64,000 nt of DNA from Paecilomyces variotii (lineage: Eukaryota): assembly GCA_004022145.1 (NCBI GenBank), contig RCNU01000001.1. One strand, 5' to 3'. The notes beneath the pieces are model-generated. The model worked only from the letters and a program-made list of their open reading frames with translations. It ran no database searches and was not told where the DNA came from. This document shows positions 1 through 10,331 of the stretch, one piece after another; position 1 is the stretch's first letter, and the number at the start of each line of letters is the position of its first letter. Position numbers and translations under genes: made by a program.

Positions 1-27
1 TCTCGCTAACATATCTACCTCGAATAG

Positions 28-315
28 CTCCTGCAGTGTCTGCTCCTGCTCCCGTTAATGCGGTGAACATCCAAGCCTCAGAACCAGCCAGCAAGCCCAA
101 GGTAAGCCAGTTCAGTTACCGGAACTCTCTATTCTCGAATTTCATACTAATGTATTTCTTCTGTGCTTTAGCCCTGCTGTGTCTGCAAGGAAGAGAAGTC
201 TTCCCGAGACGACTGCATGCTGTTCTCGAAATCCGACGATCCGGCCAACAACGACTGCAAGCCCCTGGTTGAGCAGTACAAGAGCTGTATGGCTGGTTAT
301 GGATTTAAGATCTAA
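28..315 (+). CDS. COX17: Cytochrome c oxidase copper chaperone Cox17 (5' end lies outside the window; exons 28-101 and 172-315)
   Basis: Removing intron 102-171 (GTAAGC...ACTAAT...TAG) gives KPKPCCVCKEEKSSRDDCMLFSKSDDPANNDCKPLVEQYKSCMAGYGFKI*, with the KPCCxC copper site and twin CX9C of Cox17. An upstream intron ends at 27 (GCTAAC...TAG). Confidence 0.95.
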
Positions 316-847
316 GATCTGATATTTAAGATTGGTTTTCACACTGGGCGTTGGACTTCGTCTTGCATTGGGAGGGGGGGAGCAATTGGCATTAAATAAA
401 TATGTACACTACACTACTCGCACCGCGCCATTATGCCTTTCGACATGCTGGCTGGATTGGTCATATCCTTTATTTAGACTATTGATGACGGGCTGCATGT
501 TGAGTGTGGTCATGTCGCATGTATAATGAAACTCATCTCTTAAATATTTGGTCTTTTTTATTTTTATTCTGTTTTTGATTGTTGCTGATAGGTCTATATG
601 ATGGCAAGATATTCGTGATCACTGCAGCGATGTAGAAATACTGGATAGGATCATGACATCAGACGGAATGAGTAGGACAATGAAGTATTGATTACATGGA
701 TGGAATAAAATGGTAATAATAAAATGTGTTCAAGCTGAAATACAGGGAAAAAAGGGTATCTGTACAAGAAGTGAAAGAGTTTTGAGTTGTGAGGACGCCC
801 GAAAAAAAAGGAAAGTTAAGGCTTCCACAAAGAGAACTTAACGGCGT

Positions 848-2738
848 CTATTGTCTCTTCTTCTTGATCTCTTCGTCCGATGCTTTTGGGCTTAGTTTCG
901 AGCTCTGTGCAATCAGTTTCCACGTGCACCAGAGGTAGGCAATACCGAAACCACTGGCACCGATCAAAACATTCAGCACCACCCACAAGTCAGGCTTTTC
1001 GGGCGGAGGTGTGACAAAGGCTTCAAGGATATGCCAAGCAATCATGGCAGAGTAGAAGGAGAAGTGTAGGAGTTTTGTGATGATATGGAGGTTGGCACGG
1101 GGCGTTGCAGCGTTGGTTTGAGGGTGGTTGCGGAAGATATCTAGCGAAGTGGGTGGCAGACCCAGCAGATATGCCCAGAGGAGAGTGATGACAAAGTACG
1201 GGATGCGCAATTGTTCCCGCTTAAGTAGAGGGAACATAGTCCACGCCCCAAGACAGTTCGCCCAGCCAACCCAGGCCCGAGTCTCCTTGCTGAGACCACC
1301 TTCACCTCCAAGCAACAAGGTCATCGGGAGAAGCGGTAGCAGCACGCTCTTCTCGTGCACTTGGAAGGAGAATAGGAAGAAACCCCACGCACAGCTGGAA
1401 AGCGCTGGAAGGAGAAGCGAGGGTCGAGGATGGCGCAGAATAATAACACAAGGGATGAAGATGGAGGCTGACGTGGCACCGAGAGAGACCTTCTGGAGGA
1501 CTGTGGTAGGGAAGCGGTTGAGTTTGTAAAAGGTGTGGACTGCACACCAGGCGTTGGCGACTTTGTCTTCAAAGAGACCTCGAGCGAAGGGAAAGATGCG
1601 ATGAACTGCTTGAGCAAGCTGGAAAAGCGGAGGATAGATCCACGAATCCTCGTCCAGTGACTGCAAAAACGAGGGCACAGGTGCGGCAATTGGGATTCCA
1701 CGATGCTTATCATAAAGGGCACCAGCGATTAGCGGCGCGAATATGATGAGAAAAGTAGCCAGAGTGACCACCGCAATAGAGATGAGCCGCACGATCCTGA
1801 TCCGGGGGAATATGCAGGATCCCAACAAAAAGCAAAACATGATTGGCGCATAGTAGAGTGCCATCTGTTTAAAAGTAAGTGCGCCTACAAAGAAAATGCA
1901 TGCCCACAGAGAGCGTCCGGCAAGGATACTTGACAGACTGGCAACCACCAGTCCCAACATGACGGTGTTATATTGGAAATGACCGTGGTCAATCAGAATG
2001 GTAGACGGTTGCATCAAAACGGCCACGAGCGCAGTCGACGCTGACCATGCGTGCACTCCCTGCATGCGGCTGTAGCGACGAAGGAAGATGACAACGGCCG
2101 GGATGTAGACGAGATATTCGGAGACAACCACCGTAGCACGCATATAGACCTTCAACGATGGGTCCTCGAAGCCGCGGGACTTGTCGAGTGCAAACCATGC
2201 TGGATCGAAGAGGGAGCCACTTAAAGGTCAGTGAATCTTGTTGAGCCAGCTGAGGTAGATGAGGACATACACTTTACCCAGTAGCCAGCTGTGATACGCA
2301 GTCAATGGAGGATAATCCAAGCCCCAGTACTGGAGGTCATATAGGTACCACATCGATGTCGGAAGATGAATCGTCAATTCCATCCAGTGCCGCTGCGCCT
2401 CGAAATCACCGTACATCGGAGGTGCTTGGAATCCTAAAGGACATATAATTAGCTTGAGACTCTCCTCGTGCCGCATCTGATTGTTGCAACTGACCAGAAT
2501 ATCCCCACAAGCTCACTGCCCACCGGAACAAACCCACAGTCATGAGGATCAAAGGCAGAATGAGCCATTGTGAAACTCCTGCACGAGCACCCCATAGAAA
2601 GGAAACCAGCGGAAAGGCGGGGGATGGATGGCTGCTGCTCGGGTCCTGGACGAGGTCATTGTTCGAGGTGGGTGATGTAGTGAACACATTTCTCTTCTTC
2701 CGTGGCCGGTGGGACGAAGGCGTAGAAGGATTCGCCAT
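848..2738 (-). CDS. ALG6: Dolichyl-PP-Man9GlcNAc2 alpha-1,3-glucosyltransferase (exons 2738-2495, 2433-2271, 2219-848)
   Basis: Motifs PPMYGDFEAQRHWME, YWGLDYPPLTAYHSW, IDHGHFQYN, RIFPFARGLFEDKVAN, FQVHEKS. Many hydrophobic segments, C-terminal KKxx ER-retrieval signal (KKKRQ). Both introns splice in frame. Confidence 0.96.
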
Positions 2739-3072
2739 TGTGAGATGTGAGCTAGATGATGTATCAATTCGTTTCCATGGATTGTTCTGCTAGGTATTTG
2801 CCCATAGATAGACAACCCCGGAAGACGCCGTGGGCAGCAAAAGAGCGGGTATTGATTATCGTGTACAGAGCTAACGGCTAACAGCTTAACAGCCAACAGC
2901 TAACAAGTGAGGGTGAAAAGGTACCCGCGAGTACGCGCAGATCGCGATGTGTCGCCGCGGCAGTCGAGGTACCCACAAGTCACTCCAATCTGCCACTGTT
3001 AAGCCAATGATGCCTGATTTTCCTGGAATCCACCCGTACTAACGCTCGATGCAGTCTAGACTGGGCAGGCGG

Positions 3073-3083
3073 TGAGAAAATTT
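3073..3083 (+). promoter_or_regulatory. RRPE-like element upstream of nucleolin
   Basis: TGAGAAAATTT resembles the ribosome-biogenesis motif TGAAAAWTTT and lies just before the pyrimidine-rich tract upstream of a ribosome-biogenesis gene; imperfect match. Confidence 0.35.
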
Positions 3084-3234
3084 CCTGTAGCTCCAGCCGC
3101 TAGACTTTTTTTTTTTCTTATCAGAGCTCTCCTCCCAGATTTTTTTCTCTTTTCCTCTCTACCTTTTTCAACCCCCATCAACACTTTGATTACAGATCCT
3201 ATTCTTGAAGAATCACCTTCAAGAATCCCCTGTC

Positions 3235-3583
3235 GAATCACTGACTACTAGTCTTTGATTCTTTTGTAACTGACACAGCAGCGTGGGCGTACTTTGCAGT
3301 ACTCTGCAACTTGACATCTGTGGGCTGATAACACTGTGGGCTGTGGGATACTGCACTTCTATTCTGTGGGACGCTTTCTCGTGGGCTTCATAAATAGTGG
3401 GTTGCATACCTGTCCGTCTCTGTGGGCTTGAACATTGTCCGTTGTGGGTTTACTTGTGGGTATTTGCACTTGCAGTCTCTAGAAGTTCTACTTCCTGTGA
3501 GACCTGTTGTTGGCTGTGATCAGATCACTACTAGTGATTCTTTTCGAGGGCTTTGTTAGTTTCTTCAAATCGGGTGTTGTGGG
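3235..3583 (+). repeat. Array of 11 co-oriented GTGGG motifs bracketed by direct/inverted repeats in the presumed nucleolin 5' leader
   Basis: GTGGG at 3283, 3320, 3336, 3343, 3366, 3381, 3397, 3422, 3444, 3456, 3579. Flanks ACTACTAGT(CTT)TGATTCTTTT (3244-3265) and ACTACTAGTGATTCTTTT (3527-3544). Confidence 0.85.
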
Positions 3584-3730
3584 AAAGTAGGCTCTGCCGC
3601 ACATCGAGAAGTTCACACTTCTCGTTCCAGACCATCTGTTAAATCTCTCGTCACACGCGGGATATCGGTATGTCTATTCGAGTTTCCTTCACCAATCTCA
3701 ATGCTAACTTCGAGTGTGTATAGAATCAAA

Positions 3731-5392
3731 ATGTCGAAGACCAAGGCTACCAAGGTCGCCAAGGGCGCTGACAAGACCGAGAAGACTTTGACCAAGGTCA
3801 AGGACGCCGGTGTCACCAAGGCGTCGCAGACTCCCAAGGCCAAGGGCAAGGAGATCGCTCGCCAGCTCGCTGCCAAGGAGGAGAAGGCTTCCAAGAAGAA
3901 CAAGAAGAAGGCTCCCACCCCTAGCAGCTCCGACTCGGAGTCTGACAGCGATGAGGAGATGAAGAACGCCAGCTCCTCCAGCAGCGAGAGCGAGAGCGAG
4001 AGCGAAGACGAGAAGCCTGCCAAGAAGGAGACCAAGAAGGCTGCCAAGCCAGCGGCTAAGCCTGCTGAGTCTTCCTCTGAATCCGAGTCTGAGGAGTCCT
4101 CCGAAGAGGAGGCCCCCAAGAAGACCGAGACCAAGAAGAAGGCTGAGCCAAAGAAGGCTGAACCCAAGAAGGAGAGCAGTGACAGCGACGACTCTGAGTC
4201 TGAGTCTGAGTCGGAGTCCGAGGCTGAGTCTGACTCTGAGTCCTCTGAGAGTGAGGACGAGGCTCCTGCTAAGGCCAAGAAGGCCGAGCCTGCCAAGAAG
4301 GCCAACGGCGCGAAGAAGGTATGTTACGACGCTTGATCATGCCATATTACATTGGCTAACTATCCCAGGATGACTCTTCCTCTGAGAGTGAGGAGTCTGA
4401 TTCTTCCGACAAGTCCGGCTCTGGTTCCGATTCCGAGTCTGACTCTGACTCTGACTCTGATTCCGAGGAGACTGAAGAGTCTGCCAAGGAGTCGCCCAAG
4501 GAGTCGCCCAAGAAGCGCAAGGCGGACGAGCAGGAGGCTCCTGCTGCAAAGAAGTCGAAGACCCAGGAGATCCCCGGCGCGAGTGCCAACCTCTTTGTCG
4601 GAAACCTGTCCTGGAACGTCGACGAGGAGTGGCTCCGCCAGGAGTTTGACGGATTTGGCGAGCTTTCTGGTGTCCGTATTGTGACTGAGCGTGACACTGG
4701 TCGTTCCCGAGGGTGAGTTTCTCTTGCTGTTATATACTGTTAGCAGATTCCGGGCTAAGCTAACTTGCTGCAGTTTCGGATACGTTGAGTTCGTCAACGT
4801 GGCCGACGCCGTCAAGGCCTACGAGGCCAAGAAGGGTGCTGAGGTCGATGGCCGCAAGATCAACCTCGACTACGCCAATGCTCGCCCTGCCAACAACGAG
4901 GGTGGCCAGAGAGACCGCGCCCAGGCTCGTGCCCGTTCTTTCGGTGACCAGACCAGCCCCGAGAGTGACACTCTCTTCATCGGCAACCTCCCCTTCAGCG
5001 CCAGCGAAGACGCCATCAACCAGACCTTCGCCGAGCAGGGAAGCATCCTTGGCATCCGTCTGCCCACCGACCCTGAGTCGGGCCGTCCCAAGGGCTTCGG
5101 TTACATCCAGTTCTCGTCCGTTGACGAGGCCCGCGCTGCGCTCAACAACCTGCAGGGCGCTGAGCTCGAAGGCCGCAGCATGCGTCTGGACTTCAGCACT
5201 CCTCGCCAGAACAACGGAGACTCTGGCCGTGGTGGTGGCCGTGGCGGTTTCGGCGGTCGTGGCGGTCGCGGTGGCCGCGGTGGCCGTGGAGGCCGTGGTG
5301 GCTTTGGTGGTGGCCGGGGCCCCGGTACCGGTGCCAACAGCACCAACCGTGGCGGTGTTGGTGAGTTCCAGGGCAAGAAGACCACCTTCTAG
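3731..5392 (+). CDS. NSR1: Nucleolin-like protein Nsr1/Gar2 (exons 3731-4318, 4369-4712, 4774-5392; 5'UTR intron 3668-3723)
   Basis: Alternating Lys-rich and Ser/Glu/Asp-rich N-terminus, two RRMs (LFVGNLSW...RGFGYVEF; LFIGNLPF...KGFGYIQF), C-terminal RGG domain ending GKKTTF. Confidence 0.95.
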
Positions 5393-6365
5393 AGGGCTGC
5401 ATTCTGTATAAACGGCTAAGGTAGGTATTTATTCCCCGGGCGTCCGTTATGCTGGGTTTCCTGTTCTATCTCGCTGAGGTTGTTCTCATTCTGGGTCGGG
5501 TATCTGGAACCCCTCAAAAGTCTCTGTATTTCTGTCTCCGTGTACGATCGTAATTTCTCTCAATATGAATGTGAAGACTATCCATGGTTCATCTCTTGCC
5601 TTTCCGTCTGGATCATCCTGTGTAGCGTGGTTTAGTTGTACTAGAACATATTCGTAGGGTACATTATTGTGTAGGAACCGGAGGGGAACTTTGATGATCC
5701 GCACGGACCCCTCTCCGCTCGTGAGCACGTACCATACTTAGGTCAGATAACAGTAGTAACTACTGTAGTAGTATCTATGTTACTACTGGAGTTGATTCAG
5801 TTGTTAGTTTACAGAACCAGTAAGACTGGATCAGGTCAGTCCATTATCCAGCGGACAATGATCTATGGATCGCCCACTCGAGTATATAGTACGAAGTGAC
5901 TGCTCAACCCCGCCCAGTTAGTGATGTGTTGACCAACTCAGCTGCCGCGTTTAGCCTCAGTCAGGCAGTCACGGGTTCGTCGGCAAGGCATCACTCATCA
6001 CTTCTTTGTATCTATGATCTCTCTCTCTCTCTCTCTCCCTCTTTCTGTTCACTTCCCCAGGGGAGATGCACGTCTCCCGCTGCGTCCAACAACGCCGTCT
6101 TCGTATCTCAACTGCTTCCCCCTGATCCATTTGCCCCTCCTCGAAGATAAGATCGTACTCTTGAGTATCAGATCGCTGCTGGTTCCCACCCGGCCCCACC
6201 AAACCCCAACGACCGTTCGTAAACTACTTCCCCCCCCTTGACCGCCAGCTCGTGCCGGATCGTGGTGATCGAGTGTCGTCCGACTACGGAGCACATGCGT
6301 TGAGACCCTCCTGGCTGTTCATCCTTTATAACGGGGGGCCTCTCCATCGCCTGTCTGCGCCAGAG

Positions 6366-7995
6366 ATGCAACCAAATCACTATCCTCTCCTGGGTCACGT
6401 CCGCGAGGGCACGCCCGACTCCAGACCCGCGATGCAGATGACGCGAGACGCCCATCAGCCATCTCGAGAACCAGCCATGCGGTCACGTAACCAGGCCACC
6501 AGATCAGAAGGTGTGTATTCAGCCTCTCCGTGTCCAAAACCAGCACTCCTTGCCCCGTTGAGACTGCTTTTCCTTCTGGATCCTTGATGTGTACTCATTG
6601 TAACCGATGCCTCGCGCTCTTGTACATACTATATCCCGTTATACATTAACAACAATCCCTGAACGGCGTTCCTCGCACGCCTGCAACAACCCCTGCTCTC
6701 ACTCAGTAACCATGTACTCACTGCGCCATTATCTAGACTCCTGGATCGAGGTCTCATCCCAGCCATCGTCCTCATCTCTCTCTTCGGCTGCCACCAACGA
6801 CGATATCGTCACCACCGGTCTGCGCGTCGAGGGTCCACAGCCCAACCCGCACAACCACCGTAGTCGACGCCGGCGTCTCGAACAGCTCGCTGCCGCCACT
6901 GCGCCGCCTCTCCACTATTCCAGAGAGCCCAGTGGTGCCAGCAGCAGCCAGGATGAATATGAAGAGAGCTCGAGTGAGTCGGACCGGGTTATGACCAGTT
7001 CCAACGAGGACATCACCGCACAGCCTCGCGAACCGTTGTTCCTGCGAGCTGGTCCGACTGCTTCAGATGCAGCCCCGTCCAGTGATGAAGACGACGATGA
7101 TGATAATTCCACTGCCCTGGGAATGCGAGTCAGCTCGTCGCCGTTCGTGCCCCAGCCCAATGCGTTCACCCACCCTCCCGTTTCCCAGACGTCTTCCAGG
7201 ACCAGGCCAGCGGATGTGCCTCTCCCCAGTCCAACCGTAATCTCCAGCTCGAGCAGGCGCACCGCAACGAGGCACAATTCGTACTCCAGCACGCGTACAG
7301 CACGGAGACAGCAGCATCAGCACAGCCCTTACAACATGATTTCACCTTCGTACCAGGCCGACCACGACGCTGCGTTGCGTGCCAGTCTATCCACTCTGCT
7401 GTCTTATGCCACAGCAGCGCGGGGTCTGCCAAAGAATGACACTCAACCGCACGAGCGTAGTCCCGCCGCAGCCCAGCCCTCTACCTTCCGTCTAGTCCCG
7501 GAGTCGGTGGCAATGGGCGAGGATAGCAGTGCGGAAGAACCGCGTGCTTCTGGTCCATCTACAGAAGATCAGACTGCTGGGCCCAGTCGTCTGGAGAAGA
7601 GCCCTGGATCCGCTCCGGGGGGATCATCGAATGCCTCTTCTTCAGCCCCGAAGCAAAAGCGGAGAACGAGCTCCAAGGATCGTTCATCTGCCCACGCTTC
7701 CCCATCAAAGAAGTCTCGCCGCGCTAATCTCACGGATTCGGTTTCCAATGTCAGCCCTACTCTCGTGACTTGGGTCATCAGTGCAGGAGTCGTCGTTCTT
7801 TTCTCCGCCATCAGTTTCTCCGCCGGTTATGCTCTTGGCCGTGAGGTCGGCCGGACTGAGGGGTCTTGGATGGGCGACGGCGGCGCGGGCGCCTTGTCAG
7901 GCTCTGGAGCGTCTAACTGTGGCAGAGAGGCCGTCAAAGGTGGGCTGAAGCGGCTCAGATGGAGCGCGGCAGCAGGACCCGGTATCAGCGCGTAG
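6366..7995 (+). CDS. Uncharacterised Ser-rich protein with a C-terminal membrane anchor (possible exon 6366-6510, main exon 6707-7995; alternative start ATG 6712)
   Basis: Long ORF of disordered composition, N-terminal DSWIEV, C-terminal hydrophobic helix VTWVISAGVVVLFSAISFSAGYALG. Putative intron 6511-6706 (GTGTGT...ATTAAC...CAG) joins in frame; the first exon is less certain. Confidence 0.8.
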
Positions 7996-8656
7996 GACTT
8001 TTCTCTGTTCAAGTTGCCCGGCTAAAGGTGTTTATGGCTCTCACATCAACGGATTGATGGAAGGAGGTGACGAATATTACGACGACGATGCTGACGATTT
8101 TGGTATGGTTGGAGAGGAGGCAAAGGAAAAAGGACCTGAATACCCTTCACTATGGTTCATGAATCTCAATTGGCGCGCGGTTCTCTTTTTGGTTCTTTTC
8201 TTTTTCTTTTTTTAATCCGTGATTGCCGTTCTCTGGAGCTACTGTAATCCTTGGGCTCCGGAGTCCTGTCTGTTTTATAAGAGTTGTTCTCTGACTCGTG
8301 CACAACAGTCATCGATGACTTAAGACCATTTGAGGTGGTTTGGCGGCGGGACACTCTGGTACACCCGAGTCGATCATGGCAGGTAATCGTGCTGTTTCTT
8401 CAGTTTGGGTGCGTGATTTGCGGCATTTAGTTGGGGCGTCGATTTCCTTGCAAAATCAGGTTATACCCTTCATATCCTCTCATTTGTCCCGACAGTGAAT
8501 GTTTTGATCTAGGCAGTTAGCAATCTACTGCAGCTAATCCTATCCTCTTTTGAGGAAGCCTTATAGAGAATCAATTTCCTTTTTTCCCTTCATGAATACT
8601 TTCACTTCCAATTAATTACCTTATGTGTAGCCGCCATCCACGAAAGCGCCTCGATT

Positions 8657-9883
8657 CTATCTATATCTACCAAGGAGCTCCCAATCAGACTCGTTTAGAA
8701 CAGACGACCAAGCAAACCACATCGCCTCCACATTCCGACGACGTCCCACTAAACCCAGAGCATTCAGCCTAGCCGAGTCCCAAAAGACCACACCAAAGCG
8801 TCGGTAGTACGAGGAGTCTACACCTCTCAACGGGCTGTTTGGACTACGTCCACAATCAGATATACAATCATAACCGCGAGGATAGAGAAGCCAGATTGCA
8901 TTTTTCCCAAAACTTGTCCATCGCTGTTCTTTCACCGGTCTGAATTTGGGACAGCAATAGCTCAGGTTATCTGGAAGAGAAACAGAAGAAGAAGAGGAGG
9001 AGGAGGAAAGCATCCACGACTCGATCTTATCTCTCCCACCAGCCTCTGTTGCCAACCACGATATAGAAGTCCGTAATTGCTCCACCAGAATCATATCATT
9101 GATTACTTCACTCTTCCAGAACTTCAGAATATTATTAGCCCCCGGCGAGACCCAACACGCTCCAACGCCCATCTCGGAGAAAAAGCCAGGAACACTACCG
9201 ATCGCATCGCGAAGTTCAAAAAATAGAACAACCCGCAACACCGCATAAAGTATGCGCTGTTCTTCAAACCATGTCGGAGCTCCAAGATCGTATGGCTTAA
9301 ATGGTTTTCCAACCGGGCGTTTCGAGCGATCAAGCCCGATTTCATCACAATGATATCTTTTACCCCTTGGTAAATGCTCTAGCGTAGTGAGATCCATGCA
9401 ATTCTTGATCATCGCGTGGAAGAAAGCATGTGTGATTCGGCGGATCTTCGTACTGAACTCGAGAAGTCGATAGAGAATAACATATGGTATGTATCTCGGT
9501 AGAGGTCTCATGCAGCCGAAGGGGTATTTCGGCTTGTAGTCCGGATTGTGTATTAGAGAGCGAATAAGTTCAGTGTAGGATCTAGTTAGTGGGTTTTGAT
9601 GATGATGATGATGATCATCATCTTCTGAAGAATGATAGGTATGTTTCCGCCACCAGATGAGGGTTAATGTCCTGATTATGGTCCTGACGGGTTGATAGAG
9701 ACCTTTCTCTCGTGTTGGGTTCGATATTATGTTCTCGACGATTTCGGAGAATGAATTGTCTTCTTGGAGGAAGGTTGCTATGGTGGGTGATGCTATGGAG
9801 AGTGTGTGTAGTGTAGGTAGATCGGGGAGATGGGAGAGGAGATAGCGGAGCGCGAACCAGGGGAGACGGTTGAAAGGGTCCAT
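8657..9883 (-). CDS. Hypothetical 408-aa protein with F-box-like N-terminus
   Basis: Intronless ORF starting MDPFNRLPWFALRYLLSHLPDLPTL, resembling the LP-x-E/F-L...I-x-x-x-L pattern of fungal F-box-like starts; no other recognisable domain. Confidence 0.7.
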   Translation of the reverse strand: MDPFNRLPWFALRYLLSHLPDLPTLHTLSIASPTIATFLQEDNSFSEIVENIISNPTREKGLYQPVRTIIRTLTLIWWRKHTYHSSEDDDHHHHHQNPLTRSYTELIRSLIHNPDYKPKYPFGCMRPLPRYIPYVILYRLLEFSTKIRRITHAFFHAMIKNCMDLTTLEHLPRGKRYHCDEIGLDRSKRPVGKPFKPYDLGAPTWFEEQRILYAVLRVVLFFELRDAIGSVPGFFSEMGVGACWVSPGANNILKFWKSEVINDMILVEQLRTSISWLATEAGGRDKIESWMLSSSSSSSSVSLPDNLSYCCPKFRPVKEQRWTSFGKNAIWLLYPRGYDCISDCGRSPNSPLRGVDSSYYRRFGVVFWDSARLNALGLVGRRRNVEAMWFAWSSVLNESDWELLGRYR

Positions 9884-10041
9884 GATGTTGTTACTCTGAA
9901 ATTGAAGAAGAAGGGTTATTGGATGGATTTTATTTCAGTGGTCTTTTGCGCGAGGAGAAGAGTGTTTGTTGTTGTTGTAGGGAGGTGTTATTCACTTCTG
10001 GGAAAGGTGCCTGGTCTAAGTTCAGTTGACCGACATGATGC

Positions 10042-10048
10042 TGAGTCA
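10042..10048 (+). promoter_or_regulatory. Gcn4/CpcA cross-pathway control element
   Basis: Perfect TGAGTCA (= TGACTCA on the other strand) about 290 bp upstream of an arginine biosynthesis gene; a second copy at 10426-10432 inside intron 1. Confidence 0.65.
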
Positions 10049-10331
10049 TGGTCAGCGGCGAGTCAGATGGAGAAAGTGAAATAATTGAGCATGGTATACT
10101 TTCATCGTACTATAGCAAGCTTTTTGCAGAAAACGGCCTTGTCTTGTATGTGTATAGAGTACCTAGTAGTTATCAAGTGAGTCGTAGAGTGTCTGGAGAG
10201 AGTAGCCCTAATGTGGACTAGTGCCATCACTATCATCCGCTATCTTTTTGTCACCGATCTCGCTCCCCGCAGAAAAGTGTCATACATAGGAGTATCTCGC
10301 TACCTCACCATCCACCAGCCCTACCGACATC

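Noticed and set aside
3613-4305. 230-aa antisense ORF over NSR1
   Set aside because: Shadow of the low-complexity, codon-biased sense gene; no independent protein features.
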